A stretch of DNA of 64,000 nt from Lobosporangium transversale (Eukaryota): contig NW_019029021.1 in assembly GCF_002105155.1 (NCBI RefSeq), positions 124,001-188,000 of the forward strand, in the 5' to 3' direction. Each line of letters opens with the position of its first letter. The first letter of the stretch is position 1. The notes under the pieces were generated by a model, which saw nothing but the letters and a program-made list of their open reading frames with translations, was not told the origin of the DNA and ran no database searches. The translations under genes were made by a program, and so were the position numbers. Below, one piece after another: positions 35,443 to 49,084 of this stretch.

Positions 35443-36199
35443 TAAGCGTAATGCTTCGGATACAACTTGAGCTGGCTGAAAGTATTCATGTGCTTTTGCA
35501 TCAAGAGATGGGTAGATGGGTTAGAATGAATGGATACTTTTCAAGATGGAAGTCAAGGCAGTTGAAAATGTTAAACACAAATCTGCGGCGTATTTTTTAA
35601 AGTTCCTGGAAAAAAGGCCGTGCGTGCTCTTTATAATTTTGTGTGGCGATGTCGTCGTCGCCCCTGAAGTATCAACCTGAAATGATTTCTCTGGTTGTTG
35701 AATAATATCAGTACACCCGCTATCGTCATCGTAGCTGTCGCACGGGTATCTTGAGGCTAGAGAGTGTCTCCATAGTGGGAAAGGGGTCAATCTGTATTTG
35801 TTAGGCCTGTTGAAGCCATTGGTGTGGGTACTGTGCGATTCACGAGGTATGGATGCAGAGTGTGCAAGAGTGTGTTGAGAGAATGTGGAGAGTTTATTTG
35901 TCTTTTCAAATTCTTGGCAACACAGTATGGTCGGCAGATTAATATATTTCAACATGTCAATATTTTCTCTCCAAAAGTATAAAGGTATGTGGCAAACCTG
36001 AAGTCTATCTGGAGAAATCGTTGCATTTAGACAGTTTGTGCTTTAGACAGTTTGTATCAGAAAAGAGTCGACTATGTTTGAGCTCTGATCTTACTTCTAC
36101 CGTGGCGTAAGTGAGAACACCTCGCTCATTACTCTATTAGTATTATGAGGACTATAGATCTATTCCTCTTTACCAAAAAAAAAAAAAAAAAAAAAAAAA

Positions 36200-36940
36200 T
36201 CCATCAAGTGAAATATATTTAGGACCCCTACTTGAGTCATGTCAAATGTATTAATAAAGGGCACCAAAAGATTCATTGAAAAACCATCTAGTCGGAGCGT
36301 TCTCAAACAAGGTACATGCTGAATTGGGAAAGAAAAATTTAACTGAGCATATTTCTCTCTACTTTTTCTGTTCTTCCGCATCAAAAGATTCTATCAGTTT
36401 CACTCTGCTCGTCCAGGATGATAATTAAAAGGAAATAAAAAGCTATCCCACCTAATGGACCAATGCAGCTGTAATGGTTGCCTGTAGGCTACAAAGGAGA
36501 TATTGTAGCTGACTAACCACTTCCTCTTTCAAAGTCCCACCCTTCTTCTCCCTCTCTTCCGCTCAAACATGTTTGTCACAGCTGGTATGTGAAGAAATGG
36601 AGAAGGATGGTAACATTGGATAAAGAGAGAAGAGGATAGAAAGGGAGTCAGAGCTCGTCTCAGATATTACTGAGAGTGCAGGACAACCCCAAGGGGTAAA
36701 AGTCTGACATACGTTGCAGTACTCAATATCTGGCAAGTCCATGATAAGTATGGTTTACAAATTCAATCATGATCACCACCATCTATTATATATACCTTAA
36801 TTTATTTTTATTCCTATGCTCAACAAAAAAAAAAAAAAAATAAAAATGAATAAGGATAAAAAAGAAGCAAACATTTATACAGGGAGACAATGCTGATGAG
36901 ATCTAAAAGAATAAAATAAAATAGATATAGAGAAAAACGA
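36200..36940 (-). repeat. Diverged non-coding repeat shared with ~30600-31280, ~29360-29700 and ~32895-33180
   Basis: Collinear similarity seen by eye (e.g. tttatcca.t..aaccgtc...gtgaca...tttga..g..gagaggga...tggttagtc). Confidence 0.7.
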
Positions 36941-36993
36941 TGAAGGAAAGAAAAGGCCACCTTAATTTTTGTTTATTATTATCTTTGTGATTG

Positions 36994-38754
36994 TTATTCC
37001 TCCGCAGGTCTCACATCATAACGACGTCCACGGATCCCCCAGATACCCCAGTTACACTGTGCTGATTGTCGAACATCAGTCAAGTTGACTTCATGCTTCA
37101 AAGATCGGAACACATTCTCTCGAGGCTTCATCAGCCAATCCATCTCATAGCCTGCATTCTCAATCTCATTGACATCATTCATCACATCCTGTTCATCGAA
37201 TCCTGTTCCAAAGATCGCACATTTTGTATCCAACAATAATGGGATCGTAGGCTTCCACATATCCTTCGTTGCTGGATGGGCTAGACCGGGTGAGAAGAGG
37301 AAAAACACATCGTAGTAAGGGTTGAAGGGCCCTGCCTCTGCATGATATGTCTCATAACGAGAGTTGTCATATATAAACGTGATCTGCTCATAATGGACAT
37401 GCTGATGAGGATCCTTGGATTTCGTATGTGGTGGGATTGCATCCGGTCCTACAAAATGAATCTGGAAGGCCGTCGTTGGGAACAGATAGGCGAGTTGCAT
37501 GTAGATATGAGGTGGAAGATGAGATTCTGCACGGGCCCCCAAACAAAAGATACGCACAGTGTGTGTTGCAATTGTACGAAGATCCTGAGATTGAGTGATT
37601 CCTGGAATGACCGCCGGATGCAATGTGTGGCGAAGGGCTAACAGAATAAAAATAAATAAAACGATAAGAACCACATCACAATAAAAAAGAGACCCTGTAG
37701 AGCACAATTCGTACATCCGAAACAATATGCCCATGCAGCCCGCAAAACTAGAAAAAAAATCCATATTTACCTGCCAACGACTTCAGACCCTCGACAGTAA
37801 GATCCTTGCCGAGTCGATATGGCGAAGATTGATGAAGTACCGAGCCAATGGTGATAGGATAAGTCAACACATGTGAGACATGACGCATTGAACGCTCCGA
37901 GTTCATGCTGAGGAATCCACGAGTGTACAAGAATGTGTCCCAATTTGACAAGTTGATCGCCTCATCACGATGTTGAGCACCTAAAAAGAAAAGAAAAAAA
38001 AATAGTTTATATCCATGTTAGTTGCTTTCCGAAAAGACGTCTGATTTCCTTCTTCATGGCTATCTGTCATTGTTGTTATGGAGGAGTCTTTTTTTTTTTT
38101 TTTTTTCCTTCCACGAAGATTGTCTATGAGTATGCATAAAGAAAGAGTTTTTTCTTTCCCTTAATAAAAACTCGTATATACTTTACCTGGAAATTCAAAT
38201 TCCTTCATACGACGGCCAGATCGAAGATCATGTTCGTCTTCATTGATCTCCCGAAGGATTCCACAGATATGTTTATGACGATCCTTATCCATCTGGTAAT
38301 GCTCTTCACTACAATGAGTTGGATATCCACAATCTGGACATTCATACGTTGGTGCCTTTCTCTTCTTTTGCTCAGGCTTATGCTCCCCATGCTTATGTCC
38401 ATGTTCATGTTCCTGGTCTTTACAAACTGCACAGCTTCCATGCTTCGATATCCATTCTGCCTTTTGACGAACTGCAGGAATGGGCGACTTGCTCAGGGGA
38501 TGGAACAAATTTGCTTGCTCCAATACTGGTTCAAATTGAGAGGTGAATGCATCCTTTTTAGGCTTGCGAGGCGAAAAAAAGGATTTCAACGAAAGGGATC
38601 GTCGTCCATTAGTCGCTGTATTAATCGCTACTATTGCAAGACTAGGGGCCGTCTTTGGCATGCATGTTGCCACTGTTGTTGTTGTACTAGCTATTGTTCC
38701 TGTTCTGGGAAATGTCCTGAAGACCGAAGTCAATGGTCGAAACCTTGATGCCAT
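36994..38754 (-). CDS. MSS51: Mss51 mitochondrial COX1 translation/assembly factor; exons 38754-38187, 37980-37771, 37637-36994 (473 aa)
   Basis: Presequence, NLFHPLSKSP, ECPDCGYPTHCSEEH, LREINEDEHDLRSGR..EFEFPG, NWDTFLYTRGF, LTYPITIGSVLH, LGARAESHLP; two GT-AG introns keep frame. Confidence 0.92.
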
Positions 38755-38899
38755 CTGAAGTAGGAAAGGAAAGGATAGGAATATAGTAAAAAAAAAAAAA
38801 AAGGAAGGAGGGAGCTATGCCATTTACCAATTGCGATGCGTCCGATCTTATCCATTGTTTCTACACGACTAATAACGCGTGTTTTCGATTTGGAGACCA

Positions 38900-39420
38900 C
38901 GTGATCCCCATTTGTTGATCTGTTTAGTCGAGAGTTGGCGCGATTTCGTGCAAATGCCCTCTTCTCTAACTCCAGGGAATTCGCAGAGATACACATCCCA
39001 ATGAATCCCATATCCTTCAATTCAGTATGTAAACTTTCGGTATCTTCAGCCTTCAGTGTGATATATATGATATATATCCACATCTTCTTTCCAGACTTGA
39101 CTAAGTTAATAACCTTTAACTTCAGAGAAGCCTCATTCTCATAAAAAGAGACGAGGTGTCCTTCCTGCGGCTTGAATACATTATAGATAACATGGGAATC
39201 ATCTCGAAGCTCCTTGATGATCTGAACGTCTCGGTCTGTCAGTTCAGCATCCAAGGCAATCACCTTCTTGAATACCTTAACGAAGTCTCGTAATATATCA
39301 TTATTAACCTTGTGAAAACCTCTCATGGCGGTAACACTTGTCATCTGACCAAAGTTAGATGACACCTCATCCAGAATCAGAACTACATCCATGATGTAGT
39401 ATGCAAGATCCAGTTTATAT
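38900..39420 (-). pseudogene. Fragment resembling a UL9/origin-binding-protein SF2 helicase
   Basis: IYKLDL..DVVLILDEVSSNFGQMTS (Walker B) ... KKVIALDAEL (motif III) ... IYNVFKP; no Walker A or C-terminal motifs seen. Confidence 0.5.
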
Positions 39421-40130
39421 ATTCCTTTTTTTATTCAACGAGGTTTTGGAATAATAATAAACGATTCCTTATATTTATTTCATCTTGTAAACTATTTGAG
39501 CTTATTCATATTTTATATTTGTCTAGAAATTACTTCCTCGCCGTTGCCTCTGACGTTTATTACAAAGTTTGAGTCCTGGTAGCACTAACTTTCTTTGTCT
39601 TCACTATCACTATCATCACTAAATCTGGCTCTGTCTAAATTATTATCAAGCTCAGCTAGATGACGCCGCTTGAGATAGTTCGTTAATCTCTGATACTAAG
39701 TGCGCTATCCCTGCCACCAAAAACAATGAAAAAATTAAAATAAAAACTCACCAGAATCTGTAATGCCCGAGATCATTTCCTTAAATCCCCCACCGAGGGT
39801 CTCAGATGAAGATAGTAGGTTTTCTGTAGGAATGATCACTATGAATTGGAGCTGCTGCTTTTAGCAAAGATGGTAAAAGTGCATGTGCATGTTAAAAGTT
39901 TTGCTCAAGGAACGCATGTGGCAGTGTTCGGATGTATACAGTTCCATATAGATAAAGTAAGTAGATGGGTTGCGCGCTTCTGACAAATACTGCGAATACA
40001 ATATGCCCTAGCAGCATTACATTTTTTAAAAAAAGTATTGACGTTTTTTTTGTGCAAAGAATTGTTTATCGATTCGTTACACACACTCTTTTTATTTTGC
40101 GAATGAGCTAGACAACTGTTCAGATGTTTT

Positions 40131-41950
40131 TCATATTTTCATAACTTTCTGAGGGCTGACTTGGTTTTCAGCATCTTCATCTTCCAACTTGCGTTTGATT
40201 GTATCCAGAAAATCAACATGCTCCGCTGGAAAAATCTTGCGAATATTTTTCTGATCGATCCTGATCAACACTTGTTTTAGGTCCTGGTCCGCTTCAGGCA
40301 TTTTAGATTTGCGCAACCTTGCAAGCATATTCTCCCTAGCCTCAATCTCCTTAAGACAAAGCCCCTGTACGCGACTCACGCTGTCTAATAGTTTGGCAGG
40401 ATACGCAACTACTATACTTACAAAAATATTACAAGGGCAGTAATTCTTGAGTTCCCAACATGCGTCTTGATACTCTTTTCCGATACTGTATCCACGGCCT
40501 TATTAGCTTCAAAAGTCATAAGAGCATGTCGAAGCTTGAGCTGCATAAACACAGGGAAGATTTTTTCCTGGATTCGAATGTAAAAGACTATATCCGGCCC
40601 TGAAGGCATATTTGACGGGAAGTAAAACGGGGGAACAGTCATATCTTCGTGTCTTGAGTTGTTGTTAACATGGGCAGACATGAAATCCTTCATTGAAATA
40701 TGCTCATGCGTGATCCCCTGGTTGCCGTTATCGCGCAAACCGACTATTTCTGTATCTCCATCGAGCTCTTCGCACATAGAACGGATCGTTGGGCTGTGAT
40801 CCCAGTTACAAAGATTCTTATTTTCTGATCCTGATTGAAATACGTCCATGAAAACGCCAATCATCATCGGTTCCCACCCACGTCCTTGGGCTTGAGGACT
40901 GTCAGCTTGTTCCATGCTTTTAAACTATTTACAAATTCAGGGTCCTGCGCCTTGAAATAGTTTTCTACTGCAGCCAGCACAAATGGTTCGTCTACTACAG
41001 TGGTTGTTTTCTTTCCGACAATACTGAACCTACCTAGAGCGTGTTCCACTAACAAAGGCTCTGCCCTTGGAAGTACTATACTCGTATCTCCAAACATATA
41101 GCGCTGAAAGAGTAGTAGTTTTAAAATTTCATGAGCCGAGCATCGATTCTTAAAATCCTTGGATAGCTTAATATTTTGAGTAAATTTTCTCTCCAACCGA
41201 ATAAGTTCATAGCAGAGGTTGGCTTTCTCTCTACATAAATCGTATGAGACAAGATCCTTTTCTACAAGGTCGACTGCTCGCTTCCATCCATATTTCGTGT
41301 TGAATTCAATGGTCTTCTCAATCGATTTGGTGATTGGACGAAAACAGCAAACAAGTTTTTTCACCATCAACTCAACAGCCTGTGATGGTAGGAGTTCATC
41401 TAGGCGAGTTTTCGCGGCTTCGTCCTTGAGTAGGCCCTTAAGATTGGTGATATAAGTACTGACTGACTCATAACCAACCCATCCAGGGAACTCCATGCAC
41501 TCAAACTTCAGATATTCCAAGAATGATTCGAGCAATTTTGAAATGATTATACTGCTGTATCCCTCCTGAATAGATCCACCCTTCTCTGCCCATGTAAGAA
41601 TGTAAATACAGAGTCTTGTCCCAGTAGTGACGATCGTGAGTTTCTCCGAACCTGCGATGTCTCGAGTTGCACACAAAATAGGATAAAGCAATGACCGAGC
41701 AGGCTCTCTCGCTATCGTTGGCTCAAATTCATTAGGGTAAGCTTCACCAAGGATCTGTGCCTCATCGTATACTACTAAAAACCTTGTGGATCCTGAAGCA
41801 CCCTTGGAGTATAGTCCATCTTGCACATGTAAACGTACTCTTACTATTCGGAACTTGCAAGCAGTATTGGAGGATCTTTAGTCGTGCAAGCAATAGTAGG
41901 AACGTTAATCGAGTAGCTGGACGAAGGGTCCCTTCTAGCTACAACAAACG
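40131..41950 (-). pseudogene. Crinkler-type NTPase + restriction-endonuclease-fold gene, frameshifted
   Basis: LARLKILQYCLQVP..ARWTILQ, FLVVYDEAQ (Walker B), VTTGT, EFPGW, DEPFVLAAVENYF, PPFYFP..SGPDIVF..VFMQLKLR (PD-x-QxK); frameshifts near 41810, 40915 and 40430. Confidence 0.65.
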
Positions 41951-43049
41951 CTTCAGCGAGATATGGGCTAGATTTTTTTATTTCAACCTCTTGGAGCTCT
42001 CTCTATTTCCTATAGAAGTCACTTCGTTTTTTTGCGCTATCGTTGATGTCATCAACGTCAACTAATTTACGTTTTGTCTTATCTCCATAGCTGCTCATCA
42101 CTTCTCCCCCTACTTTACCGATCTCCTCCTCAACCTTGACCTCCACTTGATCGTCCTCATGCCTCCTCTTCGCCTCTTCCTCTTCTTCTTCTTCCGCATA
42201 ATCTTCAGGCTCTAATCCTGCTTTAGCAAACATCTTTTTTGGGTCAGAGAGACGATCACTATTGTTAGAGGAACTCTCCTCTTCCTCTTTATACTTTTAC
42301 AGTATCCTCAGTCTTCCATCCTTCCTTTTTTAACCTTTCTTTCAGCTCTCCTATATGATCATCGGTCGCATCGTTGGTATCACTACCATCACTATCCTCC
42401 TCTCCATAATCTTCATCATCCTCAGGCTTCTATCCTGGCCTTGCAATCTTTTGTAGCATTTCGAGGTGAACAGTCAGCGGAAGTCTCCTAATATCTACTG
42501 TGGACGGTGGCTACATGCTATTCATTTCCCTGGCATCCACTTGATTTGGGCTCATACAACGATCTAACGAACAGATATAAATTTTAGAATGAGAAATATA
42601 TAGACCTCTTATAAGTCCAGGGTGTTAGCGCCAGAGAAGCCTCGCTTACTTGAAGTTGATGTCTCATCCTTAGCTTCAGCCATAAGTGTATGAATAAGGT
42701 CAAGCAGTCTTTGTGTCCTGGCTTCTTCGCGGACTTTTTGTCTTGTAATTTTATCATTTTCTTCCAAGGAAACGAACAATCGATTCAACTCATATCCCAT
42801 GTTGACTATAAGGGATCGGATATGCTTCATATTGGATTGAACCTTGGAGACCTCCGCTTTGAGATCCGAGAGCGAGGGTCCTTCTTGGGCCAGCTCCTTC
42901 TGCTCTTCCTGATTCTCGTCAAGTTCAGCCCACCCCATCTTCCTCTTACTCTCCCCACTTTCATCGCTCCGGGTCGCAATCTCCTTGCACCCTCTCCCAG
43001 CCACAACTTCTGCCTCATCATTTCCATCAAAAAGCCGCTGTGCAAGATC

Positions 43050-43385
43050 ATCAAAGAGCTTCTACTGCACAAGACTGCCAACAAAGCACTGCACAAGAAC
43101 CTCAACAAAACACTGTACAAGAGCCTCAACAAAGCGCTGTACAAGGCAGTCAACAAGGCTCCTCTCATGAAGAGGACGATCAAATATCTGTCCACGCCCT
43201 TCCACCTCAAGAAGCAAATATGAGCGACCCTGCCGCGGCCGACAAGTGCGTAAGCGCATTACTCCTCCGTCGCTACGATGCTCTATTAGGCTCAGCAAAG
43301 CAAATGGTACAGCGAAATGCGAAAAATGCAATGCAAAATGCGAAAAATGCAATGCAAAATGCGGAAAACGCAATGCAAAATGCGA
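43050..43385 (+). repeat. 24-bp (QQSTAQEP-like) and 21-bp (NAKNAMQ) tandem repeats within a short ORF
   Basis: caacaaagcactgcacaagaacct-like x4-5 at ~43050-43160; aatgcgaaaaatgcaatgcaa x3 at 43316-43385. Confidence 0.8.
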
Positions 43386-43869
43386 CAGCCTACATTAACA
43401 TAATAGGGATGTTTGAGGAACAGGTGAAAGAGGAATGCCATATAATTGATAGGCAGAAGAATATTGGCGGATACGCACTCGGGCCATCATAAAAAAAGAA
43501 ATAGCAAATAAATAAAATAGACCTTTTCTGTTGTTTAGTGAGGTTTAATCTTCAGTCATCTTCCAACCTTTTGTTCTGTTGTACTTACGCAAAACTTTAA
43601 AAGGCAAGAACCTTTCGTGAATAAAAAAAAAGATAAAAGTCTTCGCTTTTATTGGAGCCATTTCATATTGTTTTATATAGAAATCAAAGAATTTAGGTTT
43701 TCATCTACCGATTGTCCACGTTTCCTTCTGTTCCCACGAGGTTTTCTAACGTGGCGAAGTGGCTCATATTAGTGCTTTTTTTTTTTTTTTTTTTTTTTTG
43801 TTTCTCCAAATTTATACAGCAAGGGGAAAGGAAAGGAGTGTGGTCAATCCGGATTTCAAAAATAAGGCA

Positions 43870-44060
43870 ACTCTATGCCACTTACGGTCTCATTGGTGGT
43901 GTTACGCCTAAATCTGTATCTCAGAGCGAGCCAAAACTGCTCGATGGGATTCAAGGGAGGAGTGTATGGTGAGATAGAGACTGGATTGAATCCACGCTCC
44001 TTGATTGTCGCTTCAACAGTATTCGTGTAGTGGACAGTTATCCATAATGATGTTAACAGC
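43870..44060 (-). mobile_element. Tc1/IS630-type DDE transposase relic
   Basis: IIMDNCPLH, then after a frameshift IKERGFNPVSISPYTPPLNPIEQFW (cf. PYSPxLNPIE.W consensus). Confidence 0.75.
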
Positions 44061-45451
44061 CTTTCATTACTCAATGTAACAGAACATACCTGAATTTACG
44101 ACGCTTCGCCCAAAATTCCCAAAATAGCTAAAATAGAGCCCCTAACACTATTATTTTATGTATAGAGCAGACCTTTTCCCGAATAAAGGTTGCCTTCACA
44201 CCTAGCTTTATTCCCTCTGATCACCAATGTTACTTTTGCTTGTTTCAAAAAAACAAAGATAAAAAGCCATTCAAGGTTTTTGGTCATAACATTCCATTTC
44301 AGTATAGCGAGTTATGCTCTAAGGCCATATCAATTAAAAACAGGTTTCGCCTTTATGGACTGATTTCGGTGCTCATGGCCAGGGTATAGACGCTTCCAGC
44401 TAATATGAATGGTAGTAGAGGATCTTTGGGATATAGCATGAATGTATGAGCGAGTTTAAGTTAATTTTGACATTTCTTCACCAACTGGCACCTTTTTTTT
44501 TCTACTAAGCAAATAGTAATACGCTTATCCCCAAATCTCCGGAACATCTGAAAATGTCAGTATGGAAGTGGGAATCTTCGTAGTTGGCCGTTATTTATTT
44601 TCTACCTAAAAGTGCTATTGACATCTATAAAACAATCATATGCTTTTTGTATAGCGAGGATATATAATCTTTGTCACTAAGCGGTTCTAAGTCATTGAAT
44701 GTCTAACTTTGCTATATAGATTTCGCAGTAGACTTGATTTTAGAGACGCGTTCATTAAAAGGTCAAGAGCGTGTTGGCTCATTAAATACTTAAAGGCACG
44801 GGTATTCAAGCAGAAAGAGGTGAAGGTGTTAGAGTGATAATGCACATCCACGTCTAATGTAGACCTGTCTCAGAAAGATGGATGGTTTTTTTTTTTTTTT
44901 TTTTTTTGATAACGGGGACCCACGAGGCCATGAAGGACTTATTAGATGTTGGTTCTATAAATGAGTTGTCCCAAATAGGTGTCTCCAAGATATGAATGGT
45001 ATGAATTAGTATGTCATTCAAATGGTCCGATCGAACGCGCCCATCAGTACCTTCTTCCTTCGTCTGTCACAAAATCTGGAATGTACGTCACACCATATGA
45101 TAAGTGTCAGTTAAAGAGGTTGGAATGGAGTTAGGTTCTCATAGCCAGCTATTGCGGAGAGCCTCTTTATTTGCAAATTGAGGAAAATCTGGAACAAATC
45201 TGTTCTGAAAACAGACGAAGGCACGTTATCCGTACAAATCCTTGTCAAAGTCAAATTGTTATAAAGTCGCGTCGTTGAGGTATGGCAACAGAAAGGATTG
45301 TCAAATAACAACCCTGAGGATCCTTGTCAATAAGAAAAAAAAAAAAAAAGGGTTATCAAATAACAGCGAAGCGCAGGATTGTCAAATCAGATATTTTAAA
45401 AAATCTATAGCTCCATTGTTTATATTCATTATTCTATAACTAGCCAAATCA

Positions 45452-47623
45452 TCATTGCCCGGAAAAGACAAATTTGATACGCGAATCGCTACTACGGCTA
45501 CATTCGTGCGCCAAGGTTCTTCCCAAGCCAGGCGATCCACAATAGAAGACACCGACTCTAATAATCTTTCCTGCAGAAGAAGATTGCTGTCGTTGTCGTC
45601 TTCGTCCTTGTTGTCGTTGTTGTCGTTGTTGCTGTTGTCCAATATCCTGATTACCATCGCCGTCATTCTCGCTGTCGTTGCCTTCACCATTACTCTCCTC
45701 TTCCTGAAACAGGAGCCTGCTCTTCATGTCTTCAAATAGAGTTGCAAAATCAGGGCGTCCAAAATGTATATTGTTAGGGCCTATAATGGCGTCATCACCC
45801 TGTTCTATATTTTCTGCTGCCCGTGCTACTGCCGCTGCTGCTGCTGTTGCTGTACTAGAATGGGATGTGGGCTGTGGGTTTATGGAAGGCGAAGAGATCG
45901 ATTGTAAGGAGATAAGCAAGCCCGATTCTAATGCCGAATCACCACCGCCATAACGATCCAAAGGCGACAATAATTCCTCATGTTCCTCATGTTCATCATC
46001 ATCTTCAGAATATCGTCGTCGCCCACTTCCAGAAGCCAGCCCTATAGACTCTGTTGTTGTTGTTGTTTCGATAGCTGGAGGTAGAGGGTTTTGTGTGCGT
46101 TTATTTTCCCGTCTAATAGCTTCATCATTCTGCTGAGATCTTTTAATCCCAATACTGGAGCTCCGTCTAGGAGATAGATTGTTACAAAGGGCTGATGGCG
46201 ATGGCGATGACGATGACGATGAATAAGCTGTTTCTGATGTGAAATATATATGAATGCGGATCAACCCTGTCCTGAAGAGCTCCATGGTTTTCTCCATTGA
46301 GAACAGTGACTGAAACCATTCAAGCTTGTTGGCGTCGCGCGACACCCAATATAGATCTAATGTTTCAAGTCTTGAGCTCTGCGTCTCTTGATGCCGAAAC
46401 CTATAATTGGGTTGTACAAAATTAATTATCGTTTTTTTTTTTTTTTTTTTTTTTTTTAAAGCTGGTCAATTATATACAAATCGAGTGAAAGGAACCAAAA
46501 AAAAAAAAAAAAAAAAAAAAGTTCTTTACCAAATATGTCGAAGGATACCCGAAAAGGTCGTAATTCCGTTCCCTGTCCCAATGAGCACCGCATGATCAAA
46601 ATCCAAAACATCATCTTTAGGCCCTCCATATGGACCATCAACCTTGATGAGAGGCAGTAATGAACGATCCCGAACAACCTGTATCTGCTCTATCCGCGGT
46701 GTTTCTGGTCCATATCCCAATAATCTTGCAAGGTTCCTTGTCCAGTCACCGTCCTGTCGAATATCCAATGATATATACTGTTCGAACGGTGATGATGTGA
46801 TCGTAAACGGATGCCATTCAAATTTGGACAGCCGGGGTATATTGAGGTAAACATGCTGTCCTGGACGATAATGAAGGGAAGGTTGCTTAAAATTGAGCTC
46901 GATGGCACCTCCAGGATGAGCAATGGCGGATGACAAAACAATGGGCTGAAAAGATTCAAAGGTCCGGAGTAGACGTTCGATCACGTAAATAATAGAGGCG
47001 AGCACAATGTATTTCCAAGAGTTGTAGCCACGACATTCACCGTCATTTGTCTTTACAAAACATCCGTAGCCATGAAATGTGTAGAAGGCCATGACCAAAA
47101 GAGCCAAATGATGAGTATACCAAAAGACTTCATAGTTCCTCTTTCGAATCTTTTGATGGGCTGTGATGAACATGATGCCGAGTAAGAGGAGCATCCAGTA
47201 TCCAGTCACTCCTGCCCAGGTCCCAAAATGATATGACATGGCACTACCGCGGCCCAATTGTTCAAGTCGATAAAAGTTGACGCAATGCCCTAATAGATGG
47301 ATCGTCAAAAATACAAGGATGTGATAGGCGAGGAACCTGTGGTAATAAGTCAGGCTGGAGTTGCTTCCCTCGGAGATTGTGCCATGGCCGATATTGAACG
47401 CAAAGACGATCCGTGCAATATAGGAGAGCAACTTGCGACAGACTAGGAGCATGATTATGGCCATGTCAAAGGCCAGACAGAGCGCTGCTCCTCGGGAGCA
47501 GTAGATGGAGAAACCAATTGCATTGATATTAGAAAGTTCGCTATCGTTACGCTGGAGCAGAAAGCCGTAGGTGAATATGGCGACATGTGCAGCTGAGATG
47601 AGTCTCTTGACGATTGTCGACAT
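45452..47623 (-). CDS. NADPH oxidase catalytic subunit (NoxA/gp91phox-like), divergent; exons 47623-46530 and 46400-45452
   Basis: SRGAA, heme histidines (YHR..IHLLGH, YTHH..FHG), EWHPFTITS, GDWT, DGPYG, YWVSRD, HFGRPDF, VFYCG; GT-AG intron 46401-46529. Confidence 0.85.
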
Positions 47624-48330
47624 TGATCAGAATGTGTGTATGAAGAAAAAAAAAAAAAAAGAAGTAAGGAGAGAGGGCTGTGGAGGGAATGTCATAGGAG
47701 CGAGTGAATATGCCATGACAAAGAAGCAAGATCACTTATTCTTGTTAGGGCAGTGACATGGAGCAATGGAAAGAATGGGTGGTGTTGATGTTGAACTATT
47801 TGTAGAGAGTAAAAATTAAAACGGGGGTCTATACACCGTTCGTATATTTTTAGCATTACGAACATTTGAAGTAACTTCTAGGCCGGTGTGAAATTCCGAT
47901 CAAAGACGCGACATTTCCCTCTCTGCTCGTACCTGCTAGACTGTGCCTAGGAAATATTACTATGGTAAGCTGTCCGTGTTGCTCTTGATATGGTATGACA
48001 TTATGGGACAGGTTAGGATGTGTAGCTCAACGACTATATCACATGTTGTAAAATCATTGAACTAAAGGATGCTGCATTTGTTCTAGGCTTCCCTTTTCTT
48101 TAAGCCATTTCAAGCAATGACGCAGGCCACTCCACCCAAGGCTGGAGCACAGTCTTGTAGACGATCTTGCACCTGTACATCCCAAGTTTGCCTTTAATTC
48201 TTTCATTGTTGGTGAATACATTAGGATGACTTGGATATGTAAACATTAGGATATGCGACATAGAGATGACTATGACTAAAAAAAAAAAAAAAAAAAAAAA
48301 AAAAACGCGTCGCGAAAGATAAATGTGGAC

Positions 48331-48363
<33 letters not shown>

Positions 48364-49047
48364 AGATTTGTTGGTAGCCATGATATATATTGTGGCATCA
48401 TACCAAGAGTAATCTATACAGGGATAGTAAACTTCTGTCTGGCGCAGCTGCAGTAACAGTGATTGATGTCCTTTGCCACGGTTTCCCTTGTGCACATGAT
48501 TGTATTGCAATTTGACCAGACGAAATCCGAACCACATATATATTTTGGCGTTGAATCATTCGTGTTGCATTTGGGGGGGGGGTTTCTATCAAGAGCTCTG
48601 TCTCTGCAAGTTTAAGACTTATTGTATTAGTGATGACCATTTTACTGCCCCGTGTTCTATATACTCTCTTACTGTGTAACTCCTCCTTCTTTCGGCCTTT
48701 TCATATAATACTTGATCTTTATGAGTATCCCCCACATTACCAATGTACATACATGGTTTATGAACTATGCGCTCTATTCCTTTCTTGTTACGACAGCATT
48801 TTTTTTTCCATCCCCAACTAAAGCACGGAATTTGTATCGACAGTTATATATTTTAATGCCAACCGCCTCTTTTTTTTTTTTTTTTTTGTCACTATCCTTC
48901 ACGTGTCATTTGGGAAAATGTATAATCTATGAACGCATTGCAATCGTCATTCGAGATTCAGGTTTTGTTTGTAGGTAAAAAAAAAAAAAGGCAGAGAATT
49001 CTTCATGATAACCAATTTCAGTTCCTGCATTATATATATTTATACTT

Positions 49048-49084
<37 letters not shown>

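Noticed and set aside
42003..43492. Acidic and coiled-coil ORFs on both strands
   Set aside because: Low complexity, broken frames, no assignable product
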